From Thalia democratica (taxonomy: Eukaryota): DNA of 64,000 bases. The translations under genes were made by a program, and so were the position numbers. The stretch is taken from contig OZ241828.1 in the NCBI GenBank assembly GCA_965202585.1, positions 46,438,001 to 46,502,000 on the forward strand. The letters are read 5' to 3'. This document shows, in pieces, positions 1 through 12,569 of the stretch (within the stretch, counting starts at the first letter, position 1; each line of letters begins with the position of its first letter). The notes beneath the pieces were generated by a model. That model was not told the DNA's origin and searched no databases. It saw only the letters and a list, made by a program, of their open reading frames with translations.

Positions 1-243
1 GGTCCGGCCGGATATTGCCATTTTTGTCTAATATCCGGATCCGGCCGGATTCTAATTTGAAAAAAAAGTCCGGATCCGGTTCCGGCCGGACTCTAATTTG
101 AAAAAAAAGTCCGGATCCGGTTCCGGCCGGATTCCAAATTGAAAAAAAAAGTCCGGATCCGGTTCCGGCCGGATTCTAATTTGAAAAAAAAGTCCGGATC
201 CGGGTCCGGCCGGACCCGAAATTGTGGGTCCGGTACATCACTA
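1..243. mobile_element. Right end of a non-autonomous DNA transposon with internal ~39-40 bp tandem repeats
   Basis: About 4-5 copies of aatttgaaaaaaaagtccggatccggttccggccggattct, ending in ccggtacatcacta, whose reverse complement TAGTGATGTACCGG looks like a TAG-type terminus. The left end and TSD lie outside the window. Confidence 0.5.
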
Positions 244-972
244 GCCAAAAGTGAGCGATATCGCCTCCTATTACGTTTTTTCACAGGGAATAATAACTAG
301 CAATGAGGCGATGAAGCAAATAGGTTATTAAAATAGTAAGAGGCGATTTTTAATAAAGTAAAGGGCTATTACATTTTAAGTTTCTACCTAGAGGGCAATT
401 TTTAAAACAGATTTTAAAAACCTAATCTAATTGGATCATTCTAATCTTTATACCTTTTTTCTGATGATAATAGTGACTAAATTTTAAACCTACTAAAGTT
501 ATGTGTTAGTGGTGTATTCTTTAGTAATCTATGAAAGACAGAAATAGCTTAATCATTTAATTTAAAATAGTAATTTGACGGGACTGAAAACTTACTTTTA
601 GTTTTTAGTTTTAAATAAAAGATACATTATTCTATCAAATAATTTCTGCAGGCTTGTAACTATATTGTTTTATAGTGTACAATTTTTTATGTTTTAGTTT
701 TAGTGAAAAAAAAACAAAGATAGTTTATTTTTAGTCGTCATGGAAAGAGTCGAAATACAATTTTATATTGTTTTCTGTAAATTATATGATAAAGCTACTA
801 ACATTTATCATACATTTATTGTATCTAAAACTCAATACTTACATTTTCTAAAATTATAGTTAATGTTTTTAATTTTTAGTTTTATTGGATTTTATATTTA
901 TACTTAGCTGTTGTACCCCTTGCGTCTGAAGATATTTTTACATTTATATAAAACTATGTTTTTTTTTCACAG

Positions 973-1340
973 CAAAAACTAGAACAACAACACAAAAGAA
1001 AACTATTCGCACAACAACAACTAAAACCAAAGTACACTTAGATACAACAACAAAATACAAAGCAATTGCAACTACAAAAAACAATTTACAAATAGAAACA
1101 GGAAAATCATCATTACCAAAGTCAACTAGTCCAAAATATTCAACAAAGCATACAACAATAACTAATAAAAATGCTGCATATGTTCCTAACTTTGAAAAAA
1201 CAAATGCTTCATCATCGGGAAAAATAGTTGGATTAGTAATTGGAATGATAAGCTTAATATTTGTAACTGTTTTTGTTTACAAATGGAAAGTAAGAAGAGA
1301 AAACAACACCTTTCAACCTTTAACTCAAGTTTGTTTTTGA
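973..1340 (+). CDS. Exon (probably 3'-terminal) of a single-pass membrane protein: Thr/Lys-rich stalk, TM helix, short cytoplasmic tail
   Basis: Acceptor tttttttcacag at 961-972. The frame is open from 975 to TGA at 1338-1340: KTRTTTQKKTIRTTTTKTK...SSSGK-IVGLVIGMISLIFVTVFVY-KWKVRRENNTFQPLTQVCF*. The 19-aa hydrophobic stretch (1224-1280) is followed by basic stop-transfer residues. An alternative donor (AAA|gtaaga at 1290) is possible. Confidence 0.7.
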
Positions 1341-2182
1341 TAATATCATATTATTGGAATAGTTTAAAGAAAAGTACTACAATTGTTAATACATGATAAC
1401 TTAAAGATTTTAATATTTAAAAAATCTGTAGTGATAAAAAAAATTAAAGTAGGTCTAAGAAAGTCTATGTTGTATGGTTATTATATAAAACGCCTAAGAA
1501 GCACTTTTAGCCGTTTGAATTTGCTTAATTTATGATTTGGAAAAACGAAACACCAAACTATTTTACCAGTTTTAAAAATTCTAACACTAGTTCTAAGTGT
1601 TAGTGTATTTTTAAACATTGTTTCCAGAAGTATTGACAAAAATTATAAATTATTTAACAAAAAAATGTTATGAAGTACATATTTCTTTTTTTAGGATCTA
1701 CTTTTAAAAAGCTAAACCTAGAAAGTTAAACCATTTTACTTTAATTAAAAATAAAGATTTTTTCAAAAAAGTAAACTTTCTTAAAGTTTAGTTACAAAAA
1801 TTACAAAGAAAGTATGACATACTTTAAAACTAATTTTATAACTCTGTAAATTAGATTTTTTTAAATTTTTGTATTAATACCTTAATATTAACAAACTTTT
1901 TGTTTGAGTTAATATTGCAAGTATTAGTTAATTAGTTTTTATAAGTCAAAACTAATAAGTTGCAAATACTTAACTTGTTTAGATAGCGAAGTCTATCTTG
2001 TTTATAAGTGATAGTATACAGGTTTACACAAAAAATGTAATCATTTAGAATGAATCTTTTCAAAAATTATCTATTTTAATTTGACACAATATCCGGCTGT
2101 ACCATCACGCCCTGACCAAGTGGCACCCTTGGGGTCCATTACAGAGTTTTAGGGGGCCACAGAGGTTCCATGAGGTCATAAT

Positions 2183-2959
2183 TTAAACTTACACTAGGTT
2201 TCCTAGAGTTGATGATAAAGAACAAAAAAAATGTCTTAGGCGTTTTTAATGGGTAGTTTTAAAACTTATACTAGGTATTATGGAAAAACTTTTCATAAAA
2301 ATTTTGCTCAAACTACTAGAGATATCTATTGCTTTCTTTTCGTTGGCAAATTATCGAGAGTTCTCTAACACCTGGACATATTGCTCATCCACTCGGCCAT
2401 GATTTGAAATTTACACTAGAAATTCTGGAGTTGATGATGACGAGCAATAAAAAAAGGTCTTAGGCGTTTTTAAAGTTAGTTTTTTGAGAAATCTTGTTAA
2501 AAGGGGCCATAGCTTTTTTAATTACTTTAAAGAGGGTCTTTAAAAAAAATTAGGGCCCTGCTAGAGACATACATATCTTTTTGTTGAATTCGGGTTCAAA
2601 AAGTTTGCTTAAAATGAGGCTTGCAAGTTTTTTTGGTTGCAGAATAAATATTTTAAGTAGCGCATTTATACTCCTTATTTTGAATCTCTTTTGTTGCTGC
2701 ATTGATAAATATATTCAGGTCAGGATAAGTTTTAGGTTAATTTTACATAGACTCGTTTCTCAAGGAAACAAAAAATTAAAAACTTGTGGGTTGAAGTCGC
2801 ACAAGCGGCTAAATGTTTCATCAGACAAACGCCGCTGTTATAATGTGATAATGGTTATTATATAAAATTGTTGTTCAAACTACTAAAGATCTCTATTGAT
2901 TTATTTTCGTTGGCAAAATATCGGGAGTTCTCTAGTTTCTGGACATATTGCTCATCCAC
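2183..2959. repeat. Diverged direct duplications (relic repetitive element)
   Basis: 2183-2250 resembles 2403-2473 (ttacactag...gagttgatgat...gtcttaggcgtttttaa). 2298-2392 resembles 2864-2959 (caaactacta...ttcgttggcaaa...ggacatattgctcatccac). Confidence 0.6.
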
Positions 2960-3759
2960 GTCCAATGACTAATAGACGAGTGAACTTTTTATGCAATATT
3001 TAGAGATAGCAAACCATACAGTGCATTTCAGTAATTTGCATACGGGTGCACTATGGTTAAATTTCGGTTTAATCAAAACATGACAGTTCTGAAATTTAGT
3101 AAACTACCTCTTAGATATGCTTTTTCATATCATTTTTATTAGAAAATATTTGTTAGTATGACTTTCTGACAACTTTCTGTTTTAATTTAAAAAATAGTTT
3201 TGAGATATGATAAAATTAGTTTAAAAAAATTCTAGAATGTTTCTACATATAGAAATTATGAACTATCTCTTTTGTAATATTTCTTTATAAACTTTGTTAC
3301 CGTCATAATGTTCGTTAATTGCTTTTTATGGCACATATTCTAATTCTCAGTAAAATTTTTACTTAATAAATATATTTTAGTAGAAAAAATATTTAAGTTG
3401 GGTAATTACATATAAGTACAATGAGACCTAGATCTTTATTTTGTCATATTAATTACACAGTTTAAAGCAAATCTATAAACTATTTATGCTTCTTCGTCGT
3501 AAACAAGTTTCTCACTCATATGTTATCCATAACAATCAAAAAAATATTAAAAATTATATTTGTAAAACTAAAGTTAGAAATAATTTGAACTTTGCAACAA
3601 GTAGGTAACAAAACGATATTGGATCGATGATATTTATTTGTAATTACTTAGATTTTTTTGTACAGAAAATAATGAAGTTAAAACTAAAAATCCTACCGAA
3701 AATTAGAATTCTCCCCCTTTCTGATACATATATTCAAATGAGATTTTTTATATTCCAAA

Positions 3760-4400
3760 GGGAACTGGTCAAACTTGCACGAAGACAAAATTGCACGAGG
3801 GCACAAAACTGCACGAAGACAAATTTGCACCGAGGGTCAATTTTGCACGAGAGTAAAAAAAAACAACAATAATACTAAACAAAACTAAAAATGAATAAAA
3901 GATAAATTAATAGAACCAAAAAAAAGTTACTGACTGAGGGTAAGGGTTAGGGGCAACAGTGATAGTAAAAATAAAAATAAAATAATAACTAATAAAAATT
4001 CTTATTAAAAGAAAAGTAATTTAAATAAAAAAATAATAAGTTACCGACCGAGGGTAAGGGTTAGGGGTAACAGTGATAATAAAAAAAATAAAAATAATAA
4101 AAAAAATAAAATAATAATTAAAAAAAAGAAAGAAAATTACCGACCGACCGAGGGTAAGGGTTAGGAGTAACAGTGATAGTAAAAACAATTTGATTAAAAA
4201 AAAACAGAAAATTAATAAGAAAAAAAAAGAAAAATTCAACTCGTGCAAAAATGTCTCCGTGTAAAAGTGTCGCCGTGCAACTTTATATTCGAGTAATTTT
4301 ATCCCCTGGTCCTAAAATGTCTTCGTGCAATTTTGTGCTTTGGTGCAGTTTTGTCCCCTCGTACAATTTTGTACGCTCGTGCAAATTTGATAGCTACCCC
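3760..4400. mobile_element. MITE-like element with imperfect TIRs, subterminal ttgcacga repeats and internal TAAGGG/TTAGGG-containing repeats
   Basis: Left end gggaactggtcaaacttgcacga versus reverse complement of right end ggggtagctatcaaatttgcacga. Several (t)tgcacga motifs on the left and tcgtgca(a) motifs on the right. Three copies of gagggtaagggttagg(g/a)g(c/t)aacagtgata at ~3936, 4050 and 4150. No clean TSD. Confidence 0.65.
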
Positions 4401-6906
4401 TTAAAAATGTTTTAAAAATTTGAATTGTAGTGTAATTTTTGCAGACGATTCAATGTCTAGGGGGTTTTTGTTATTGAATTAATAAATGTAAAAAGCCAAA
4501 AACATAAGTTTTAATTGAAGTTTATCTGTATTTATAATTAAAAACATATCAGAATTCCGTGCCCAGTGGCATCTAGAGGATCAAAATTATTACAATTTTG
4601 TGTTATTTATTTAAAAATAATTCAAATATGAATAAGATATTATTCGCTAAACCAACTAAATTCGTGAAAAGTAATTTTGTACTATTAATTATAGCTACTT
4701 CAGTTTTAAAATTGATTAAAAACCATTAAGTATTTAGAAAATAATTAACCAGTGTATTAAAGTATCAGAAAATATATTACTAAACATTTAAGACTTAGTA
4801 AAAAACCAAGTTTCGTATTTAAGTTAGAAAATTGTTCACTGAGAGAACTTATAGATGGTTATTTTAAAAAAGAATAAAGTTAGTTGTTTGATATAGTTTT
4901 CTTTAAGTATATTATAAATGTTACTATTGAAAACATGGTTGACGAAAAATTGGTATTTTTTATAAAACATCTATTTTAACTTGCAATTAGATTAAATTTT
5001 GTTTGTATTTTGACTTGGTAAATACTTTATAGGATTCTAATTTGATAAGAGGTAGCAGTACATTGGCTATCCCTAATCCTACATACGATAGTACTACTTT
5101 TATGGGTCATATGATTGGTGAGTCGGAAACATAACCATCTGTTTTAGAACCCGTTAAGATTTAGAGTAAAGTCAATACTACTTTTGACTATTGTGGTTTT
5201 TTACTTACGTATTCAAAATAAAATGTTTAAAGTTAGCATTTCTCTTTTCTTAGATTTTGTAGTTTTTTATATTTCGCTTAATGTTAATGTAAAAATAAAG
5301 TGTAGTGATATATGCAACAGATACTACTATTTTTTTTATGGAGTGTTTATTTTTCTTCTTTTTATTCTATTTATTTTTATTTATACTAACTTATTTACCG
5401 TTTCATTTTTGAGTTTGTAATAAACCTTAAAATATTTATTGTTTCGACAAAATTATGTACTAGTTATAAAATAAATAAACTACATTACAACAGCTAATTT
5501 TATTTTTACGTTAAGTTACTTGTACTATTTAGTTTTTGTAAATTATCTTTAAAAAATAGAATGTTTAATTGTAAGGAAAATTCAAGAAATAAACAATAGC
5601 GACTGTATTTAGTGGTAGTAAAATAGTTTAACTTAACATAGTAACATAGAAGAGACTTAAGCTTTGTTGAATTTATACGATTCAAAAAACTATACAATCG
5701 TAACTAAACTAACTGCAACTAACCTAAAAAATTAATTTAATAACGAACAATTATACTTCTAAAAATAGCACTTTTATCATTTTTTTATTGTAAATTTAAC
5801 TTTATTAAAGTTTTTAAAAAGGCAAGTTGTATTAAAACTTAATTACATTTTTAAATATGCAATTTCTGTTGATAAAAGTAATAAACAAACTTACTTTATA
5901 TTTTTTAACCTCATGATCTTACTTGGATTTGACTAAAATAAAAAAAGTATTACTTTTTTTTAGTCTGAACACCAATTAATAAAACAATTAATAAAAGTAA
6001 AGTTAAATCTCAAGTTTTTCTTCTAAGTGTAGGTCCGAAATTGTAAACAAGTTTTAAGCAACCTAAAATCTAAGATTGAGATATCAAAATATATTTAAAA
6101 AAAATTGATGTTAACATTTTCTTTTAAATAGTTAGTTTTAGTCTAGACATAAATTTTCAGAGTATCAAAAAAAGCTTAAATTTATCATCTGACGAACTGG
6201 ATTTATTGAGTAAGGTAAACAGTGGTTTTTCATTTTATATATTGTTCTGTGTAATCACTTACAAAAAACTTCTTAAAATATATATATCAATAAAGTTTAG
6301 CAGTTTCAACCTAGCTTTAAAAAATACTTTAGATTTTTCATTATTTTTAATGCAAAAAAAAAGTTTTTAAATATCATATTGTGAATCAGCAATATAGCCA
6401 CTTGGCAAAAACTTTCTGACAAAATATTACAAATTATCAAAGCATTATTACCATTACACTAAAAAAAAGTTAGTTTACTTAGTTAATCTTTAAAAATGTC
6501 TGTGTACAAATATTTTCGGCTTAAAACTAGCTTCAACAGACAAAAAGGTATAACACAGAACTACCAAATAATGTATGAGAATAAAAGATATTAACAAGAA
6601 ATATAGCTTTAAAAAGTTAATAGTTTATAGAACCAAGAATAAAAAGACAAAACGTTTATGCAATTTCGAAAAAAAAACTTGTGTTTTTATATGAAATGAA
6701 AAGAGATTTTAATTTTAAAATAAAAAGTCTAGTATATTTTAATGAATTTATATTAGAAGGTATTAGTATTTATGTTGCTTAGATATGTATACTTAAATTT
6801 TGATGTTAATGCAGTACAAACTTTTAAAGTAACAGCTAAAGTAATAAAATCTAAAATATAAGTTATTTAAAAATATAACAGAATGCATTTCATTTTTCTT
6901 CAATTT

Positions 6907-6941
6907 ATTTTAGTACTTTCGTAGTAAGGCTCATCAGAAAT
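6907..6941 (-). ncRNA. Minimal hammerhead ribozyme-like motif
   Basis: Minus strand reads AUUU-CUGAUGA-GCCUUACUAC-GAAA-GUACU-A-AAAU: conserved core, 4-bp stem I, single G-C stem II pair, palindromic stem III AGUACU, triplet CUA. Confidence 0.5.
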
Positions 6942-7535
6942 TGTATCTTACTTAGTTAGAATGAATACAAATTAAAATAAAATCATACTGTAGTTAAAAG
7001 TTTTAAAATATAAAATGACGTAATAATCGAATGTTAAAAATTAACTAAGTGCTTATGCTATATACATTTGGTATACTAATAAAACTCGTTAGAATTAAAA
7101 CAATCTATAATAAACAAGCGATTAAAATTAAAGCTATACTTCAAAATAAAATTTAACAACAAACTAATTACTTTAAAATTACTTAATATAAGGTATTAAA
7201 AAGTCTAGTTTGGTATACGAACTTTTTCTGCTTACATAAACTGGGCCTTTTTAACTATAATAATAATTAAATTATAAAAAGGAGAATTTTTCAGTCTTAG
7301 TGAGAGCGGAGAACTCTTTTTAACTGCATATTCTGGAAGCCTAATGTATTCAATCTTTAAGGCCCAGTTTATGTAAGCAGAAAAAGTCCGTATACCAAAC
7401 TAGACTTTTTAATACCTTATATTAAGTAATTTTAAAGTAATTAGTTGGTTGTTAAATTTTATTTTAAAGTATAGTTTTAATTTTAATCGCTTGTTTATTA
7501 TAGATTGTTTCAATTCTAACGAGTTTTAATAGTAC

Positions 7536-9776
7536 CAGGGGCGTCGCGTGGGGTGTTGCACTGCCGCAACTGCACCACCTTGAAGTTTTGTAAGAAAAAA
7601 AATAAGTATCTATAACGTTTTCGTTATTTTTTAGAACGAAATCTCTTTTAAAGCTCCAATTTTGAAAACGACCATTTTGCCCACTTCACTGCCGCAAACT
7701 CTTAGCTGACTGCCGCAAACGAACTCAAAAAAGCAAAATTTCTTCAAGAATTACCGCAAAATCAATATCTTGCGGTAAGTAAGCTAAGTTGAAAATTCCC
7801 TAATACAGGACATGCTTAAGTATCATCTACAAGCTATTGTAAACAAAAATAAAAACAAAGCTAAGCTACTGCAAAGGATTAAACTTAAGTTTATGTACCC
7901 TCATGATTTTTGAAATTTAAGAGATCACTTCTATTAAAACGAAACAATAAAAGAACATAAATTGTCATAAATTACGTATTTTGAAAAAAATAGATAAAAA
8001 ACCTAAATCACCAAAGTCTTAAAAATTTGATTTTTTATTTTAATCTGCTTAGATAAACTTAACTATAACTGATTATAGTCATCATAAAATTAAAAAAATA
8101 TTTAATTAAATTATATTTAAATGTAAAATTTGAGTTCTGAAAAAAAATGTAAAAAAGTTTATTATAAACTTCTAGTTTACTCTTACAGAAAAATAATTTA
8201 GATTTGTATTAAATAAAAATTATTATTATTGAAACAGTCACATATTTAAATAAAGTAAATAGCCTTAACTTAAAATATTGGTCTGACCCCCAAGAAACTT
8301 TGACAACTTAGAGTAGTTTAACATTTTAGGAAAATTTAGTCTACTTTATATGACTTTTGGTCTAATTTTTTCACAAACAAAGCAAAAATTTTAGATAAAA
8401 TTGTTGTAACATGGTTGCCATGCCTCATAATCAGGACAACTTAGAAATGTTAAAAGAACTCAAGATGACCCAAGATAAATTAAAACTGACCAAGTTAGAA
8501 AAATAGCCAGGCTAGGCTGACTAAAGCAGTTTTAGTTTTTTACTCTGAAAATAACAAGCTTATTTAAAATTAAAAAATAAGTGTTTTACACCTATGGCCA
8601 CATGAAAACTGACTAACCATTTTTTTACTGCTATAATGGTTACATATTTATAATTACCTTTAAATTTCTTGAAAAGTTCAACAGCCTCACCAACTAAACT
8701 TTAAAAAGGTGAGCTTCTGAGAAAAATACTATCCTCAAAATGAAAAACAAGTTAAAATTAAATAAAGAAAAGATACACTTAAAAACCTATTAAATTTTAA
8801 ACTTCCAACAAAAAAACATTAATTTAGAAAAAAAGTTAACAAAAATCTTAATGTTTGTAAAAAAAATTGTGCAAAATAGTGAGTGGTAAGGGGAGGGGGG
8901 GTGTATAGGCACTTTTTTACATGTTGTTCTTCTTTTAACTTTTTCAGAGAGCTAATAGTTACTCTTTAATAAACTTGTTGCTGTATTTTTTTATTGTAAT
9001 ACATATTAGTCTAATTAATCTAAATTGTAATTTAGAGACTTCGTAAAATTTGATATTTATGAGATTGCTTATTTTTCTTTTGTGTTTTTAACTTAGTAGT
9101 CAAGCTGTTTTTTTTTCAAACATCAAAAATTGTAGTTAGTTATAAGTTGATCCTCGTTTATTTTTTTCAATATTCAGCAGTAAATAAACAATTATTTTCT
9201 ACTGAGTAAGATAAGTTTTACTTAAAATAAACTTGCAGTTTGTAGATAACATTTTTTTTTGCAGACTTTTTAATTTTCCTGCCAAGTCTAATAAGATTTT
9301 TTTTGTCAAGTTAAATATTAGTAAAATAACCATTCTTAGTATGATGTTTAAACAAATATTTTTTGAATAAGATTGAGGCAAAAAAAAGAACAACTAAAGT
9401 TGCTGTATTTTTCAATATAATAAAAATTTGTTTTGTCTAAATTTCTTCTACTGTTAGTTTAAACTTTTAAGCCTTCTTAAAGATTAATACTCATAAGTAA
9501 GCTAACATTTTTTGAGTCTTTTAAATTACTTAATTTTTTTTTTATTCCTATGTTTACTTTAATTTTCAAAGTATTTACTTTTTTTTTTATAGTTATTTTC
9601 ATAAATAATTTTTTTTTTAATTTTTTTTTTTTTAAACAAAATTTCTCCAGTTACATTAGCAATTTAATGTAATTGTTATAGAAAAAAGTTTTTATTTTAG
9701 ATAAAAATGAGTTTTAAGTTAGGGGATTTTTTTTCAATTCTGCACCACCTATAAAAAATACCACGCGACGCCACTG
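7536..9776. mobile_element. Non-autonomous hAT-family DNA transposon (2241 bp)
   Basis: 16-bp TIRs CAGGGGCGTCGCGTGG and CAGTGGCGTCGCGTGG (15/16 match). Perfect 8-bp TSD aatagtac at 7528-7535 and 9777-9784. Subterminal (c/t)t(g/a)ccgcaa repeats. No transposase ORF. Confidence 0.9.
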
Positions 9777-9923
9777 AATAGTACTATACCAAATGTATAT
9801 AGCATAAGCTAAGCACTTAATTAATTTTTAACATTCGATTATTACGTCGTTTTATATTCTAAAACTTTAAACTACAGTATGATTTTATTTTAATTTGTAT
9901 TCATTCTAACTAAGTAAGATACA

Positions 9924-9958
9924 ATTTCTGATGAGCCTTACTACGAAAGTACTATATA
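9924..9958 (+). ncRNA. Second copy of the minimal hammerhead-like motif (stem I mutated)
   Basis: attt-ctgatga-gccttactac-gaaa-gtact-a-tata. The core is identical to the 6907-6941 copy, but the 3' strand of stem I no longer pairs. Confidence 0.35.
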
Positions 9959-10224
9959 AATTGAATAAAAATGAAATGTATTCTGTTATATTTTTTAAAT
10001 AAAGATCTTAAATTAAGTAACATTTTAACAAAAGTCCTTAATCATAATATAGTTAAAGCTTTAAATTTTAAGCAGCATTTTTTATTAGTTACAAAACATG
10101 GAATTAGATGCAAAAATTAACTTATTGAAACTCAAAAGTGCATCAAATACCATTAAGTTAAGACAGTTGTATGCTAAATTAAAATCAGAAGACCAATTTT
10201 AAGAACTTGTCCTTAGTGATTTTA

Positions 10225-10830
10225 GCTGTGTTTAGTCTTTTTATGGGTATCCTTTTGAATTTTAACATCTAAAACAGTTTAAACAACATTTTAAAGTTTT
10301 TTAAGTAAAATAAAAACTTAAAACAAGATAATTTGATTAAACTCAAAAGGATCCCCATAAAAAGTTTTAAAGCTGTGTTTAGTCTTTTTATGGGTATCCT
10401 TTTGAATTTAAACATTTAAAACAATTTAAACAAGTTTTTAAAGGTATACAAGTAAAATAAAAGTTTAGAACAAGAAATTTTAAACAAACTCAAAAGGATA
10501 CCCATAAAAAGTTTTAAAGCTGTGTTTAGTCTTTTTATAGGTAGCTTTTTGAATTTTAACATTTAAACAGTTTAAACAAATTTTAAAGTCATTAAAATTA
10601 AGTTTCAGTTTAAAGAAATTAAACAATTTTTCGAAAAAGTATACGTAAAAAGACTTAAAAAAAATTGTGCAAAAAAGTTGAAAAAATACGTCACGTCGTA
10701 TAAAATTGTACAATTTTTTTAAATGATACCTAAGTCTTAAGATACTTAATTCCGACCTGGGGGGTTAAGTTTTTTTATGGGTATCCTTTTGCTGCAACTA
10801 GGATACCCATAAAAGGATACCCATAAAAAA
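10225..10830. repeat. 147-bp tandem repeat with internal inverted repeats
   Basis: gctgtgtttagtc recurs at 10225, 10372 and 10519 (exact 147-bp period). The motif aaaaggatacccataaaaa and its reverse complement tttttatgggtatcctttt alternate, and recur at ~10770-10830. Confidence 0.8.
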
Positions 10831-12569
10831 GACCAAACCTATTTATATATATGCATGCAAGTTTGCGTCAGTAAGTCACTCAACTTCGTTGATGATGGCC
10901 GAAATAAATAATTACTAGTAGCTTAAAATGTTAAAGTTACAAATAATTTATGTAATACTTACAATAGACTTGTAATCCTAAGTTATAAATTATAAGACAC
11001 TTAGAATCAATTTCAAGTACTTTATTTATGAAATTGATATCTTTTAGATCTTAAGAAAAAAAAAGAAATGTCTTAATTAATAAACAAGTAATCTATAATA
11101 ATACAATACATTTAATGCAACAATACTTTAAGTAACTAAAAGCTTCATTTCCTACAGCTAGCTAAAATGTATGAATATTTTTACGGTTCAAGTTTTACTT
11201 TTTTGCGAAACAATAGAAATTGCTTTAGTAAATGGATCTTTCACGTAACAACTATCTTCATTGAATGTTTTGGCATCATTTTACTACAAAGTGCGTTTTT
11301 TCTTAAGTCATTTAAGGTTTTATACGCAATTAAAAGAGTTCAACTCCGTTTAATAAAAAGCTTATTTATTTTATCGGTGCATCGTCTTAGGAAAGTTCAT
11401 AAAACTTTTATTTTAATATTTATTTTGAGTCTAAAATAAAATCCTTTTTAAAGCTGAAAAATGATGCATGCCTTTGGAAGAGTATTAGTTTTAACAGAGT
11501 TGATTTTACGTTCGAGATTAGTAAAATTTTTTTAAGAATTTAGTAGTTCAGCAGTTTAACATAAGAAACATGTAAGTTGTACTTTTAATACTGTTATACG
11601 ATTTTCTTTTAAAATTTTATTGTTAGTTTAACTTTTTACTTCATAATACTTAACTTTTGGTGAATAAGTTTTTCATCGTAATAATATGCTAGAAAAGATA
11701 AATCATTTGATAGTGAAGATGTAAAATGCGGTTTCAAAAGGTGTTTTAATTACGCCTATCAAAAGGTTTTAGTAATAAATAATTCTATTATTGAAAATGA
11801 ACAATAAAACCTTACGAATACACACACTGTCTAGTGCAAATAGAGATGCTAGTAATAATTTTTAAAGTTTATAAATTTTGAGTATTTCAGCTTTTAATAT
11901 GTTTTAAGTATTTCTATAAGTAGAAATTACAGAAAAAATCAGTGTGCTAATTTAAACAATTGTTGTTAAAGGATAATAAATAGTTTATCTTTTATATCTG
12001 TTTGTAAACTTAACTTATTTTTATTGCTTCAAAGACATGTAAGCATAGTCGCCAGAATTATTCAGCTATCGATTGCCCTCCTATTATTTTTGTAGGAAAA
12101 TAGACGTATACAATTTTTATCCATTGAGTATAGCTCAAGAGCCAAGTTAGACTCTATTTTGACTATCTATAAATTATTAGCTTACTGTTTAAAAGTTATA
12201 AAATAGTGCTTTCCTCACAAACTTTTAGTTTATGAAAGTAAACTTATTCATAAAAATACTAAAAGACATTTTGCAACGGAGCAAAACAAGCTCAGATATA
12301 GTATTTTAGGTGATTAAAAAGTTAATTCTAAAAAATATATTTTTATTTGTTAAAGTACTTATGACTTCCAAATATAAAAGTCTGAGTTCGCATTTCTTGA
12401 ACTAGCATACTCATTTAATTTTGCAGATTTTGTGTTCGCACTGCTGGTTAAGTTTGCGTTTTTAACCATAAATTTTTTGCTCAAATGTAACTCTTTGCAA
12501 ATTCAAAATATGTATAATATATATAATATATATATATGTTTTTAATATAAAAAAACAACTAGTTTTCAA

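Larger units (their letters stand above)
6863..10002. mobile_element. Long inverted-repeat element (arms ~6863-7249 and 7359-10002, ~390 bp each once the nested hAT is removed); possibly an inverted Penelope-like pseudo-LTR pair
   Basis: The left arm is the near-perfect reverse complement of 7359-7535 plus 9785-10002, with a ~110-bp spacer. Each arm carries a hammerhead-like core. Confidence 0.75.

Noticed and set aside
461-500. CTGATGA as a further hammerhead core
   Set aside because: There is no downstream GAAA or pairing stems.
3936-4175. Telomere or interstitial telomeric array
   Set aside because: Only isolated TAAGGG-TTAGGG doublets are present, inside a MITE, with no tandem array.
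5040-5165. Slightly GC-richer patch that could be a retroelement fragment
   Set aside because: There is no ORF, terminal structure or second copy in the window, so it cannot be assigned without a database search.
10885-10915. ttgatgatggccgaaa as a degenerate hammerhead
   Set aside because: The core lacks the conserved C3, and no stem I, stem III or NUH triplet can be formed.
2581-11439. Short intergenic ORFs (2581, 3627, 4021, 5184, 5506, 9199, 10480, 11167)
   Set aside because: They are low-complexity F/L/I/K-rich products of AT-rich or repeat sequence, with no motifs or splice support.
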